This document shows positions 41,348-50,798 of a stretch of DNA of 64,000 nt, piece after piece; within the stretch, counting starts at the first letter, position 1; the number at the start of each line of letters is the position of its first letter. The position numbers and the translations under genes were made by a program. The stretch is from the IMG/VR virus record IMGVR_UViG_3300035425_000025, positions 10,103 to 74,102 of that record; one strand, written 5' to 3'. The DNA is from a virus (taxonomy: Duplodnaviria; Caudoviricetes). Under the pieces are notes generated by a model. That model made no database searches and was not told where the DNA came from. It was given only the letters and a program-made list of their open reading frames with translations.

Positions 41348-42118
41348 ATGTTAGGAAAATTTGAATTTAATATACAAGAATATATCAGCATAAGAAGTGA
41401 AATGTGTCAGCGAATATCAGTAATTAATGCACAATCTCATACGGCTATATTAACAATAATTACTGCTTTTGGAGCAGGAATCACGCTGAACTATAACGCA
41501 CAAGTTGATAAAATTGACAATATGACTGGTTTTATTTCGTTAAATATTATTCGTTGCCTTATTTTTATTATACCAATATTGTATTTATTTCCGTTAGCAG
41601 TAAAGAGTGGAGAGAATTTAATTCAGATAGCATCCTTATCTGCATATATAAGAGTTTTTTATGATTATATATCGAATGACAATAATAAGATGAATTGGGA
41701 AACATCAAATAATATTTTGAGTAATGCCAATATTGACAGAGGGAAAAGAAGTTTTTATATGAAATTTTATAATGAAGAATATACAGTATTAGCATGTATT
41801 TCTTTTGTTTTGTATATTATATTTTCAATTATATCTATTATTATACTTGATCCAGTTATTGAGAGAAAATATTTGATTATTATTATTGCAACTTATATTA
41901 TTCTTGGAGCTGGATTAATAGAAATAATAGTGGCTATACATAAAAGTTCTGGAATGAAAAATACATTGATGAAGTATACACCTATTTATATAGAGGGTTA
42001 CATTAAAAGAGCAATAGAAATGGGGATTATAAAGAATACTGATATTGAAGTAGTAAAGGAAGAACTTAATCCTTATAAAGAAATAGAAATTGGGTTTTGG
42101 AAAAGAACCAATATATAA
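41348..42118 (+). CDS. multi-pass membrane protein
   Basis: About four hydrophobic segments. Confidence 0.7.
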   Translation: MLGKFEFNIQEYISIRSEMCQRISVINAQSHTAILTIITAFGAGITLNYNAQVDKIDNMTGFISLNIIRCLIFIIPILYLFPLAVKSGENLIQIASLSAYIRVFYDYISNDNNKMNWETSNNILSNANIDRGKRSFYMKFYNEEYTVLACISFVLYIIFSIISIIILDPVIERKYLIIIIATYIILGAGLIEIIVAIHKSSGMKNTLMKYTPIYIEGYIKRAIEMGIIKNTDIEVVKEELNPYKEIEIGFWKRTNI

Positions 42119-42156
42119 TTATAACATGAAATGTTGCTTTCAAGAGGAGAAAAATT

Positions 42157-42372
42157 ATGATTTGCTTGGATTGTGGTAATATGGATATTAGATATGATGA
42201 AAAAGAAAAATCGTATCATTGTAATAATTGTGGTTCTCGTAATTTAGGAAAAAGAAAAGATGGGTGTATGCATATGAGAGATAATGGATTATGTGGTAAA
42301 AATCCGGCTGCCACATCATCAGGAGAGTGTGAGGCTCCTTGTAGTTATTATGAAAGCGGTTTTAGATCATAA
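42157..42372 (+). CDS. Zn-ribbon protein
   Basis: CLDCG...CNNCGS. Confidence 0.7.
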   Translation: MICLDCGNMDIRYDEKEKSYHCNNCGSRNLGKRKDGCMHMRDNGLCGKNPAATSSGECEAPCSYYESGFRS

Positions 42373-42454
42373 ATTTTGTTGACTTGTATATAATAACGAC
42401 ATATAATATAAGTACAATAATCAGTACGGTTTTAAGTACGGAAAGAGGTGCGTT

Positions 42455-42712
42455 ATGATTGCAACGAAACAGATGGATGTAAGAGCAAATATAAAAAAAT
42501 ATTTTGATATGGCATTTGATGGGGAACCAGTGATTGTTTCCCGTAAAGAGAATAGAAATGTTGTTATAATATCTGAAGCAGAATATAACGAATTAGCAAA
42601 AGCTAAAAAGAATGCTGAATATTTAGCGAAATTAAATAGAGCAGACGAACAGATTAAAAATGGACAGGTAGTAACAAAAACTATGGATGAACTTCTGGCA
42701 ATGGAGGAATAG
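42455..42712 (+). CDS. yefM: Phd/YefM antitoxin
   Basis: VRANIKKYFDMAFDGEPVIVSRKENRNVVIISEAEYNEL; own TTGACT-17-TATAAT promoter. Confidence 0.9.
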   Translation: MIATKQMDVRANIKKYFDMAFDGEPVIVSRKENRNVVIISEAEYNELAKAKKNAEYLAKLNRADEQIKNGQVVTKTMDELLAMEE

Positions 42713-42715
42713 TCT

Positions 42716-42979
42716 ATGAAAATCACTTTTGCAGAAGAAGGATGGAGTGAATATCTCTATTGGCAGACTCAGGATAAGAAAATAGTAAAGAAAATAAACC
42801 AGTTGTTACAAAGCATAGAACGTGATGGAGTATTACAGGGAATAGGTAAGCCAGAGCCATTAAAATACGGAAAGTCTGGTTCATTCAGTAGGCGAATAGA
42901 TGAAGCAAATCGCTTGGTTTATGAAGTTTCTGATGACCAAATTATTGTAAAATCTTGTAAGGGACATTATAATGACTGA
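42716..42979 (+). CDS. yoeB: Txe/YoeB toxin
   Basis: EYLYWQTQDKK...GIGKPEPLKY...SRRIDEANRLVY. Confidence 0.9.
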   Translation: MKITFAEEGWSEYLYWQTQDKKIVKKINQLLQSIERDGVLQGIGKPEPLKYGKSGSFSRRIDEANRLVYEVSDDQIIVKSCKGHYND

Positions 42980-43089
42980 TATAGGGGTTGAGATAATCAA
43001 TCCCTATAGTTAAAATCGGAGAAGCAAAATAGGATTTAAAATGCTGTTTTTTTGGAATATAGATAAAAATATTTGTACATAAATGAGGT

Positions 43090-43980
43090 ATGAGAATGAT
43101 ATGGGAATATGAAATTAATGACGATGATAAAGAATTTATAGAGAAAAATTCAAAATCCATTGAAATAAAATTAAATGGAAACAGACCTTATTTTATAGAA
43201 GATTATAAAAATCAACTAGGAGGAAGAGATTATTATTTTTCAGAGGTGAATGAAAGGCGTTGTGGAGTGGCATTTGCTTGTATCAAAAATGATACTATAT
43301 CTAATCCATATAATAGAACGAATAGTTTAAACAAGAGATATCAAATACATTCTAAACCATCAGGATTTCCGAAATCAAAGGAAGAGAATACTGTAAATAA
43401 AAAATTGATATTTCAACGTTGTCATTTGATTGGATATAATTTGTATAAAATAAGGAATGATAAGGGTGAAGAAAATGCGAATTTAAAAAAGATTTTTACT
43501 GGCACACGTTTTATGAATAATGTGATGTATTATTATGAAAAAAGGATTTATAATTATGTGTACAACACAGAAAATAAAGTTTTATATCGTGTGACACCTT
43601 ATTTTAAAGAGAGTAACAAACGTGACAAGCTTGTGTTTGGTGTTCAAATGGAGGCAATGTTCATTAATGAAAATGGTAATGAAGATGAAGATTTATCATT
43701 TAACGTTTTTGTGTATAATAAGCAACCAGATATTCTTTTTGAATATGGAACTGGGGAAATTTTAAAAGATGAATCAATAAATTTAATAGAAAAAATGTCA
43801 AAAATAGATCGCAAATATATTATTAATAAAAAAAGTAAAAGGTTTCATTTAGAGTGTTGTGCTAGCGTTGGTTCTATAGACAAGGAGAAGATGCAAGAGT
43901 TTTGTGGAAAACGAGAGGAACTTAATAATTTAGAGTTTAAGTGTTATCCATGTAAAATATGTGATTCTGGTACTAAATGA
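43090..43980 (+). CDS. DNA/RNA non-specific endonuclease with C-terminal metal-binding domain
   Basis: FQRCHLIGY, FTGTRFMN, VLYRVTPYF, GVQMEA; FHLECC...CKIC. Confidence 0.8.
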   Translation: MRMIWEYEINDDDKEFIEKNSKSIEIKLNGNRPYFIEDYKNQLGGRDYYFSEVNERRCGVAFACIKNDTISNPYNRTNSLNKRYQIHSKPSGFPKSKEENTVNKKLIFQRCHLIGYNLYKIRNDKGEENANLKKIFTGTRFMNNVMYYYEKRIYNYVYNTENKVLYRVTPYFKESNKRDKLVFGVQMEAMFINENGNEDEDLSFNVFVYNKQPDILFEYGTGEILKDESINLIEKMSKIDRKYIINKKSKRFHLECCASVGSIDKEKMQEFCGKREELNNLEFKCYPCKICDSGTK

Positions 43981-44202
43981 AAGGCTGGTTTTATCTAATC
44001 GGATTGGAGGGTGTATGAAGTGTTTGTTAAAAATATTTGGTATATTAACAATAAATGAAATCGTTCCATATAGAGAACATCCAAACCCCAAATTTGCATA
44101 TGTTTATTACGGAAAAGGATGGCATACTGTGCCGATTGAAGATATAAAAATATTGTAATGAAATTCTAGTTTGATGGTTTATGGACAGAAAAGAGGTGTG
44201 AT

Positions 44203-44937
44203 ATGAGTAACGATAAAGAATTCTTAAAGTTTCTTCTGGAACGATCTAAAATTGAAAGAGAACGATTTGACAGATCTGGAGTGTATGCGTATACTCAACG
44301 CCTACTTGCTTATAACTCAAATAAGATTGAAGGTAGCACACTTACCGAGGAGCAAACAGCTTCTTTGTTTGATAATGGAACTTTGCCAAAATCAGATGAT
44401 TATTACAGAGCAAAAGATGTTGAGGAGATGAATGGTCATTTCCTAATGTTCAATAAGATGTTGGATGCATTGGATGAGTCGTTATCACAGGAACTGATAA
44501 AGCAATTCCATTATGAGCTAAAGTCTGGAGTATTTGAAGATAGGGCTAATGGATATGCTATCGGCGATTATAAGCAGCGTCCTAATATGATTGGTATGTA
44601 TCAAACTGTAAGACCTGAGAATGTTACACAACAAATGTATATACTTATGGATTGGTATAATAACCAGGAAGTAGATATTTCTGTATTGGCTGAATTTCAT
44701 GCTAGGTATGAGAGTATTCACCCTTTTCAAGATGGAAATGGTAGAACAGGCAGATTGATTCTTTTTAGAGAGTGTATGAAGAATGGTATCGTACCGATTG
44801 TGATTGAATATGCGAATAGAAATGAGTATCTGGAGGCCATAAAAGAATATAGAGAAGAAAAAGCTCTGAGTAAACTGATAAGTTTGTTTGAAAAAGAGCA
44901 ACAATTCTATTTAGAAAAGTGTAAATATTTTATGTAG
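44203..44937 (+). CDS. fic: Fic family protein
   Basis: HPFQDGNGRTGR. Confidence 0.9.
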   Translation: MSNDKEFLKFLLERSKIERERFDRSGVYAYTQRLLAYNSNKIEGSTLTEEQTASLFDNGTLPKSDDYYRAKDVEEMNGHFLMFNKMLDALDESLSQELIKQFHYELKSGVFEDRANGYAIGDYKQRPNMIGMYQTVRPENVTQQMYILMDWYNNQEVDISVLAEFHARYESIHPFQDGNGRTGRLILFRECMKNGIVPIVIEYANRNEYLEAIKEYREEKALSKLISLFEKEQQFYLEKCKYFM

Positions 44938-44957
44938 AATATATTGGAGGTGATAAA

Positions 44958-45236
44958 GTGGTAAAATTAAAAGTTGGAAGAAATGTATTTGATATAGATA
45001 ATAATGATTTAATTCTTGATAATGGTGCTTGTTATCAAATTATAACTAAAGAAATTAGAAAAGGTTTTGATAGAATTACTCCTAAAATAAGTAGTAAATT
45101 ATTTAATGATTTAAAAAAGTATGAATTGATATTTACAAGTGAAGAATTAAGACAAGTTGCAATTGAAAAGTATGGAAATTTTGTAGTGACATTTTGGAAA
45201 TTTAATATCGATCAAATGCAGAAAATGGGTTATTAG
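44958..45236 (+). CDS. hypothetical protein
   Basis: GGAGGTG RBS. Confidence 0.65.
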   Translation: MVKLKVGRNVFDIDNNDLILDNGACYQIITKEIRKGFDRITPKISSKLFNDLKKYELIFTSEELRQVAIEKYGNFVVTFWKFNIDQMQKMGY

Positions 45237-45273
45237 CAGATGAATGTTCAGCTTTATTTGGAGATAAATATTT

Positions 45274-46179
45274 ATGGAAAAATTAATAAATACAATTGAA
45301 GATTTTTTGAAAGCATCTTTTCAGATACAAGAATATATAGAATTATACAACAATGATTGGAAAGCTACTCATCATAAGGGATTAGCTTTTAGGGGTCAAT
45401 CAAATAAAAGCTATGAATTAGTTCCATCCATCGGAAGAGATAGAAAATTTTCTTGTGATGTTTCTATTTTAAATCAAGAGCGAAATTTAATAGAAATGGC
45501 AAAATATAAATTGCCGCATATATTTCGATCAGATTTATTGCCGATTGATTTATTATCTTTGTTGCAACATTATGGAATACCTACGAGATTATTAGATGTA
45601 ACTTCAAATCCATTAGTATCACTATATTTTGCTTCTATGGATGATAATGAAGATGGAGAAGTAGTTGTTTTTGAGTATAATGATAGTGATAGAGCTAATT
45701 ACCCAATTATTAATGCAATTTCTGAATCGTATAAATTTGCATTTGGAACATTTAATCCTCTTTCTTTGTTTTTTAATGACGCAATTAAGCAACCATATTT
45801 TTCAGAGCAAATAAGTTTTCTTAGTAATGAGGATAATAAAGCTGGCGGGCGTTGGGTAAAGGAATGTTGTAGTGATTTGATTTTTGTGAATGCAACTGAA
45901 CAGATAGAGCGACAAAAATTACAGCAAGGATTTTACATATTATTTCCTAATGAAATAACTGAATATGGAAACGATGACTATTGTTTCAATAAAATAATTG
46001 AGCCAATTGATAAAAACAATAAACAGATTAAAGAAAGACTGATTATTAAAAAAGAAGGCAAGAAAGAGATCCGTAAAAAATTAGAATTTTTAGGGATTTG
46101 TGAAGCAACATTATTTGCTGACAATACAGATATCGTATGTAAAAGCATAGTAAATCAATGTAAAAAGATACGGTATTAA
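45274..46179 (+). CDS. FRG domain protein
   Basis: FRGQSNKSYELVPSIGR...LQHYGIPTRLLDVTSNPLVSLYFA. Confidence 0.9.
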   Translation: MEKLINTIEDFLKASFQIQEYIELYNNDWKATHHKGLAFRGQSNKSYELVPSIGRDRKFSCDVSILNQERNLIEMAKYKLPHIFRSDLLPIDLLSLLQHYGIPTRLLDVTSNPLVSLYFASMDDNEDGEVVVFEYNDSDRANYPIINAISESYKFAFGTFNPLSLFFNDAIKQPYFSEQISFLSNEDNKAGGRWVKECCSDLIFVNATEQIERQKLQQGFYILFPNEITEYGNDDYCFNKIIEPIDKNNKQIKERLIIKKEGKKEIRKKLEFLGICEATLFADNTDIVCKSIVNQCKKIRY

Positions 46180-46214
46180 AAGTGAAATTTAATTGGTACT
46201 GAAGGAGAAAATAA

Positions 46215-47225
46215 ATGGAAAATACTAATATATTAGTTATAGGCAATGGATTTGATTTATATCATGAATTAAAAACAAGTTACACAGATTTTGTCAGATT
46301 TTGTGAAGAAATATTAAAGACAGAAAAAGGAACCAAGGGCAGAAAGTGGGCTATAAGTAATTCTTTTGTAAATTGTTTTATAAAGGTGGCTTCCGAAAAT
46401 CAAAAGTGGATTGATTGTGAGAGAGAAATAGAAAAAATTGTAACTATGTTTTTGAAAATAATGCATGATAGAAATGTTTTTGATATCATTCCTCATTATA
46501 TAGATAAGGACAATACTACGCTTGAACCGTATGAGTTTGATATACTAAGATTAATGAATAGGTTTTGTGAAATGTCAAATATACAGAAAATAAAGATACG
46601 AGATGATTACTTTAAAACTTATGAGGGAATTAATAAAAAATTAGTGATGGAAAAACTAAAAGATGATTTAAATGATTTAATTAATCTGTTTAAGTATTAT
46701 TTGGAGGAGAAAGTAATAAACCAACCAGTTAAAAAGTTTTCTAAACAAATAGAAAAAATAAACCCGGATTATGTTATAAATTTTAATTATACTAATACAT
46801 GTGAAAAATATGGTGTAAATAAGCAGGACATATGTTATATACATGGATCAGTACAGGATAATAATATGGTGTTGGGAATAAGAGATATTGATGAAAAGGA
46901 TATAAATTCCATATATTTTAAAAAATTTTTTCAAAGGATACAAAAGCATACAGATACAATTCAATGGAATAGGTTCGGAGAAAATCGAAGTCATACTGAA
47001 ACAACGAGAGAAGCTACTACATATTTTTTTGGTCATTCTTTAAGTAATACAGATGGTGATATAATACGAAGTATATTTGAAAACTCATGTAAAATAATCA
47101 TCTTTCATTTATATGGGAAAAAAGATTATGAAGAAAAGGTTATTAATCTTATAGACACACTGGGAAAAGAAAATGTTATACAAGGAATATATTCTGGGCG
47201 TATTGAACTTGTTCCAATAAAATAA
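46215..47225 (+). CDS. abiH: AbiH-family abortive infection protein
   Basis: ILVIGNGFDLYHELKTSY...NFNYT...YIHGS...FFGHSL. Confidence 0.85.
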   Translation: MENTNILVIGNGFDLYHELKTSYTDFVRFCEEILKTEKGTKGRKWAISNSFVNCFIKVASENQKWIDCEREIEKIVTMFLKIMHDRNVFDIIPHYIDKDNTTLEPYEFDILRLMNRFCEMSNIQKIKIRDDYFKTYEGINKKLVMEKLKDDLNDLINLFKYYLEEKVINQPVKKFSKQIEKINPDYVINFNYTNTCEKYGVNKQDICYIHGSVQDNNMVLGIRDIDEKDINSIYFKKFFQRIQKHTDTIQWNRFGENRSHTETTREATTYFFGHSLSNTDGDIIRSIFENSCKIIIFHLYGKKDYEEKVINLIDTLGKENVIQGIYSGRIELVPIK

Positions 47226-47247
47226 CTATTTTGCCATATAAAAAATG

Positions 47248-47277
47248 AGAGGACTGAAAGAAATCAGTCCTCTTTTT
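47248..47277. terminator. convergent terminator
   Basis: AGAGGACTGA/TCAGTCCTCT plus T run. Confidence 0.75.
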
Positions 47278-47509
47278 GATGAAGAACAGGATCGTTTGTA
47301 CGCCCAACAAGATAATCAATTGAAACATCAAAATAGTCAGCAAGTTTGATTAACATATCTAAGCTTGGTTTTTTGTTTCCGTTTTCAAAATTACCAATAG
47401 TACCCCTTGTGGTTTCAATTTCTTTACCAAGCTGCTCCATAGTAAGTTTTTTGGAAGTCCTTAATTCTTTTAGTCTTTCAGAAAAACTAGGGAAAAAGAA
47501 AAAAAACAT
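47264..47509 (-). CDS. XRE-family repressor (cI/ImmR-like)
   Basis: FSERLKELR...QLGKEI...NFENGNKKPSLDMLIKLADYFDVSIDYLVGRT; AGGTGA RBS before ATG 47509. Confidence 0.9.
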   Translation of the reverse strand: MFFFFFPSFSERLKELRTSKKLTMEQLGKEIETTRGTIGNFENGNKKPSLDMLIKLADYFDVSIDYLVGRTNDPVLHQKED

Positions 47510-47520
47510 AAAATCACCTC

Positions 47521-47576
47521 TTGACAAAAGTATTCTGATAGAATACAATAAATATGTATTCAAACGGAATACATAA
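47521..47576. promoter_or_regulatory. cro promoter with two GTATTC-N5-GAATAC operators
   Basis: TTGACA-aaagtattctgatagaa-TACAAT; second palindrome GTATTCaaacgGAATAC. Confidence 0.8.
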
Positions 47577-47593
47577 CTGGAAAGGAGATAATT

Positions 47594-47809
47594 ATGACCC
47601 AGCTAAAACAAATCCGTTTGAAGAATAAATGGACTCAACAGTATGTGGCTGATAGAATTGGAATTACAAAGTCAGCATATTCAAACATTGAAAATCAAAA
47701 TAGGAATCCATCATTAAAAGTAGCCTTACAATTACAAAAATTGTTTGGTTTATCAATTGAAAAACTAATGGAAAATGAGAATAGCAACTCTTCACCGACC
47801 AAAGTTTAG
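47594..47809 (+). CDS. Cro-like HTH protein
   Basis: LKQIRLKNKWTQQYVADRIGITKSAYSNIENQNRNPS. Confidence 0.9.
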   Translation: MTQLKQIRLKNKWTQQYVADRIGITKSAYSNIENQNRNPSLKVALQLQKLFGLSIEKLMENENSNSSPTKV

Positions 47810-47978
47810 AAGTTGCCATTCGCCAAATGATTTGAACTAAGTCCTAATCTTTTTTATTTTATCGTACTTTCTGGACTATTTCAAGTCGAATTTTCAAAAA
47901 TCGTACCTTGATAATTTAATATTGAGTATCGCAAGTATAATTTTAGAAAAAATGTGAAAAGTTTTGTAGAAATAGTTA

Positions 47979-48989
47979 GTGGAACTATTGATCAAAACTT
48001 ATTTACAGAAAGGAAATGATAGAATGAGAATTAAAGAGAAACAAAACGAAAACATTATTGCTGATAGGAGTATTAGAGATAAGTGTGCAGAGCATTATGA
48101 GGTATTAGAAAAAGTCAAAGAGTTGTTACTTATTTCAGGAACAGATTTTGCAGTAATTGCACAGGTTGCAGATTATTATGGAACTGGCTTAGAGGCAATA
48201 GCTTCATTGGTAAAAGATAATCGAGAAGAACTTTTGGAAGATGGATTGGTTAATGCTTCTGGGCAAGAAACGAAAGAAATTTTAGCAAAGTCCTCAAAGA
48301 ACTTTGCTAATGAGAGAGGCTATTTTGTATGTGATGGAATTAAATTTAATCATAGAAATAACTTATTATTTCCTCGTAGAGCGATTTTACGTGTAGGAAT
48401 GTTGCTTAGAGATTCTGAAGTTGCAAAGGAAGTTCGGACACAGTTACTAAATATAGAAGAAAAAGCTTCTGATGAAACTAAGACACAAGATATTGACGAA
48501 GAACAGAGTCTTATGTTATCGGTAGGAATGGCAGTTGCAAGTGGTGACGCAACGGCAGTAGCAGTGGCTTCTGCAAAGTTGGTAGAATTTAAAAATCGCC
48601 ACATCCAGAAATTAGAAAATGATAACAAAGCTCTTGCTGAAGGAATTCTTGAATGGAAAGACAGGAATAAACTTAACGCTGGTATCAGGAAGCTTGCTGC
48701 TGTGACAGGAATTCATTTTAGCAAGATGTGGAATGAATTATATAAGAATCTTCAGTATAAGTATGGGATCTGTGTAAAGCAGAGAGGAGGTACTCCATAT
48801 ATACAGTGGATTGACGAGTCTGAGTGGGCTGATGTAATGAAAACATTTTGTGCTATGTGTGAAGCATATGAACAGTCGCCAACAGAGATGTTACAACAGA
48901 GTACACCATTACAAAATTTAAAGCAAAATGATAAGCTAAAGGGTATGGCAGCTTTGAATGATTTAAAAGCAAGGCGGATAAGTGTTTAA
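47979..48989 (+). CDS. antirepressor-like phage protein
   Basis: LFPRRAILRVGMLLRDSEVAKEVRTQLLNIE; position after cro. Confidence 0.65.
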   Translation: MELLIKTYLQKGNDRMRIKEKQNENIIADRSIRDKCAEHYEVLEKVKELLLISGTDFAVIAQVADYYGTGLEAIASLVKDNREELLEDGLVNASGQETKEILAKSSKNFANERGYFVCDGIKFNHRNNLLFPRRAILRVGMLLRDSEVAKEVRTQLLNIEEKASDETKTQDIDEEQSLMLSVGMAVASGDATAVAVASAKLVEFKNRHIQKLENDNKALAEGILEWKDRNKLNAGIRKLAAVTGIHFSKMWNELYKNLQYKYGICVKQRGGTPYIQWIDESEWADVMKTFCAMCEAYEQSPTEMLQQSTPLQNLKQNDKLKGMAALNDLKARRISV

Positions 48990-49033
48990 AATTACATATG
49001 GTCAGTATGTATAAAAGCATACTGACCAATATA

Positions 49034-49206
49034 GAAACCATAATTTTATCTTTGATATTAGCCAGTTTAGCATAGAAAAATCCTTATTTCTATACTAAAA
49101 ATATGGAAGCAATGGATAAAACTGTAATATGATCAACCATCTAAAAGCACAAAAGTGTATAAAATAGGTATTTCTGCACATGAAGACAAGATAAAATTAT
49201 GGTTTC
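49034..49206. repeat. perfect 19-bp inverted repeat GAAACCATAATTTTATCTT enclosing 135 bp
   Basis: 49034-49052 and 49188-49206. Confidence 0.9.
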
Positions 49207-49244
49207 ATTTTACCAGTACTGTTTATTGTACAGTAAAAACTGTA

Positions 49245-49466
49245 TTATTTAGAAGTAGTATCACTTTTATTTATTTCAATTTTAAGATCAAGAGCATTGC
49301 ATATATCAACTAGAGTATTACAGTTGGGGTTTCCATTATTAAAATATTGGCTAACAGATTGTTGTGATTTATGAATACGAACAGCTAAATCTTTAACTTG
49401 AATATCATCTATATCCATATATTTTTTGATTTCTGCTAATATTTCTTTTGAAGTTTGATGCAGCAT
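49245..49466 (-). CDS. XRE-type HTH protein
   Basis: QVKDLAVRIHKSQQSVSQYFNNGNPNCNTLVDICNAL. Confidence 0.8.
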   Translation of the reverse strand: MLHQTSKEILAEIKKYMDIDDIQVKDLAVRIHKSQQSVSQYFNNGNPNCNTLVDICNALDLKIEINKSDTTSK

Positions 49467-49646
49467 ATGTCACCTCTTGATTAATGTTTGAGATGATTAT
49501 ACAATATAAACAATGATTATACAATATTTTTGTTGAAAATTATATAAATATATATATTGTAATTACAATATATATATTGTATAATATGAAGTATCAAAGG
49601 CAAAAATGTAAGATTTTACATAACTCAGAGGGAAGGAGGATGCGAT

Positions 49647-49997
49647 ATGGAAGTTAAACGATATGATATAGTACAAGCTGACTTGAGTGGAAGTATTGGG
49701 TCAGAACAGGGTGGTATACGCCCAGTACTTGTCATTCAAAATGATATTGGCAATTTACATAGTTCAACAACTATTGTAATGCCGTTTTCCACAAAAATAT
49801 TTAAAAATCCTAATCAGCCAACGCATACTCTTATAAAGAAAAGTGATAAGACTGGCTTAAAAATGGATTCGATATTACTTGGAGAACAAATGCGTGTTAT
49901 TAGTAATGAACGTATTAAGAAAAAAATTGGATCGGTGACAGATGTAAAAGAACAAAATGAAATTCGCAGAGTATATGCGGCTAATTTCGGAGAATAA
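49647..49997 (+). CDS. mazF: MazF/PemK-family endoribonuclease
   Basis: GSEQGGIRPVLVIQNDIGN...ILLGEQMRVISNER. Confidence 0.9.
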   Translation: MEVKRYDIVQADLSGSIGSEQGGIRPVLVIQNDIGNLHSSTTIVMPFSTKIFKNPNQPTHTLIKKSDKTGLKMDSILLGEQMRVISNERIKKKIGSVTDVKEQNEIRRVYAANFGE

Positions 49998-50017
49998 TAT
50001 AAAGGAGATTACTTTTT

Positions 50018-50293
50018 ATGCGATATATTGAGATGTCCGTAGAAGAAGCAATAAAAAAATGTAAGAAAAATGCAAAGATTTTGGTTGCTATACAAGATTT
50101 AGCAGATGAGAATGTAGATACTGTATTCGTCCAAAAAAAAGGGAGTGATTATAAGGAAGTTTTTGAAGATGTAAAAACTGTAGCTTCTTTATGTGATGAT
50201 TTTATTTCGCAACTTAAATTATTTACTGAGAAACAGGATATAAGACAGATTCGACCATATGGTATTCAAAGAACTGTATTGTTGAGAGAATAA
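50018..50293 (+). CDS. hypothetical protein
   Basis: AAAGGAG RBS. Confidence 0.6.
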   Translation: MRYIEMSVEEAIKKCKKNAKILVAIQDLADENVDTVFVQKKGSDYKEVFEDVKTVASLCDDFISQLKLFTEKQDIRQIRPYGIQRTVLLRE

Positions 50294-50308
50294 AACTGGA
50301 ATAAAATA

Positions 50309-50361
50309 GAACATGCGTTCCTGTTTTTCCTATTGACAAATACAAACACATGTTCTATACT
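50309..50361 (+). promoter_or_regulatory. sigma-A promoter with LexA/DinR boxes
   Basis: GAACatgcGTTC at 50309; TTGACA(50333)-17-TATACT with AAACacatGTTC in the spacer. Confidence 0.75.
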
Positions 50362-50576
50362 TATCATTGTCAGGAACAACTAAACAAAAAGACCCATCCT
50401 CAAACGGTGCTGCAACACCATCGGACAGGTCTTATGTATACATACAAATTCATTTTATGAATTTGATTGAGCAGAAACGCTCACTTGTATTATTACATAT
50501 TTGAAACATTTTGGTCAAGTGGTAATTTCAAGCGATTCTGCACAGATTCAAAACTAGAATAATTTAATAAAGATAT

Positions 50577-50647
50577 AGGGGTATCGCCAAATGGTAAGGC
50601 ATAGGATTTTGGTTCCTATATTGCAGGTTCGAATCCTGCTACCCTTG
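50577..50647 (+). tRNA. trnQ: tRNA-Gln(TTG)
   Basis: AGGGGTA/TACCCTT, TAGGA-TTTTGGT-TCCTA, GCAGG-TTCGAAT-CCTGC. Confidence 0.85.
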
Positions 50648-50651
50648 CTGC

Positions 50652-50725
50652 GGATCATTAGTTCAGTTGGTTAGAGCAACTGGCTCATAACCAGTTGGTC
50701 ATCTGTTCAAGTCAGATACGATCCA
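50652..50725 (+). tRNA. tRNA with CAT anticodon, most like Ile2 (lysidine type)
   Basis: GGATCAT/ACGATCC, ACTGG-CTCATAA-CCAGT; overall resemblance to Firmicutes tRNA-Ile2 rather than elongator Met. Confidence 0.8.
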
Positions 50726-50798
50726 TTAAATCAGTGTTTTAAGTACACTGTATTTTTTATACCCATTTTTAGGGAATTTTATAGGAAAGGAAGAAAAA

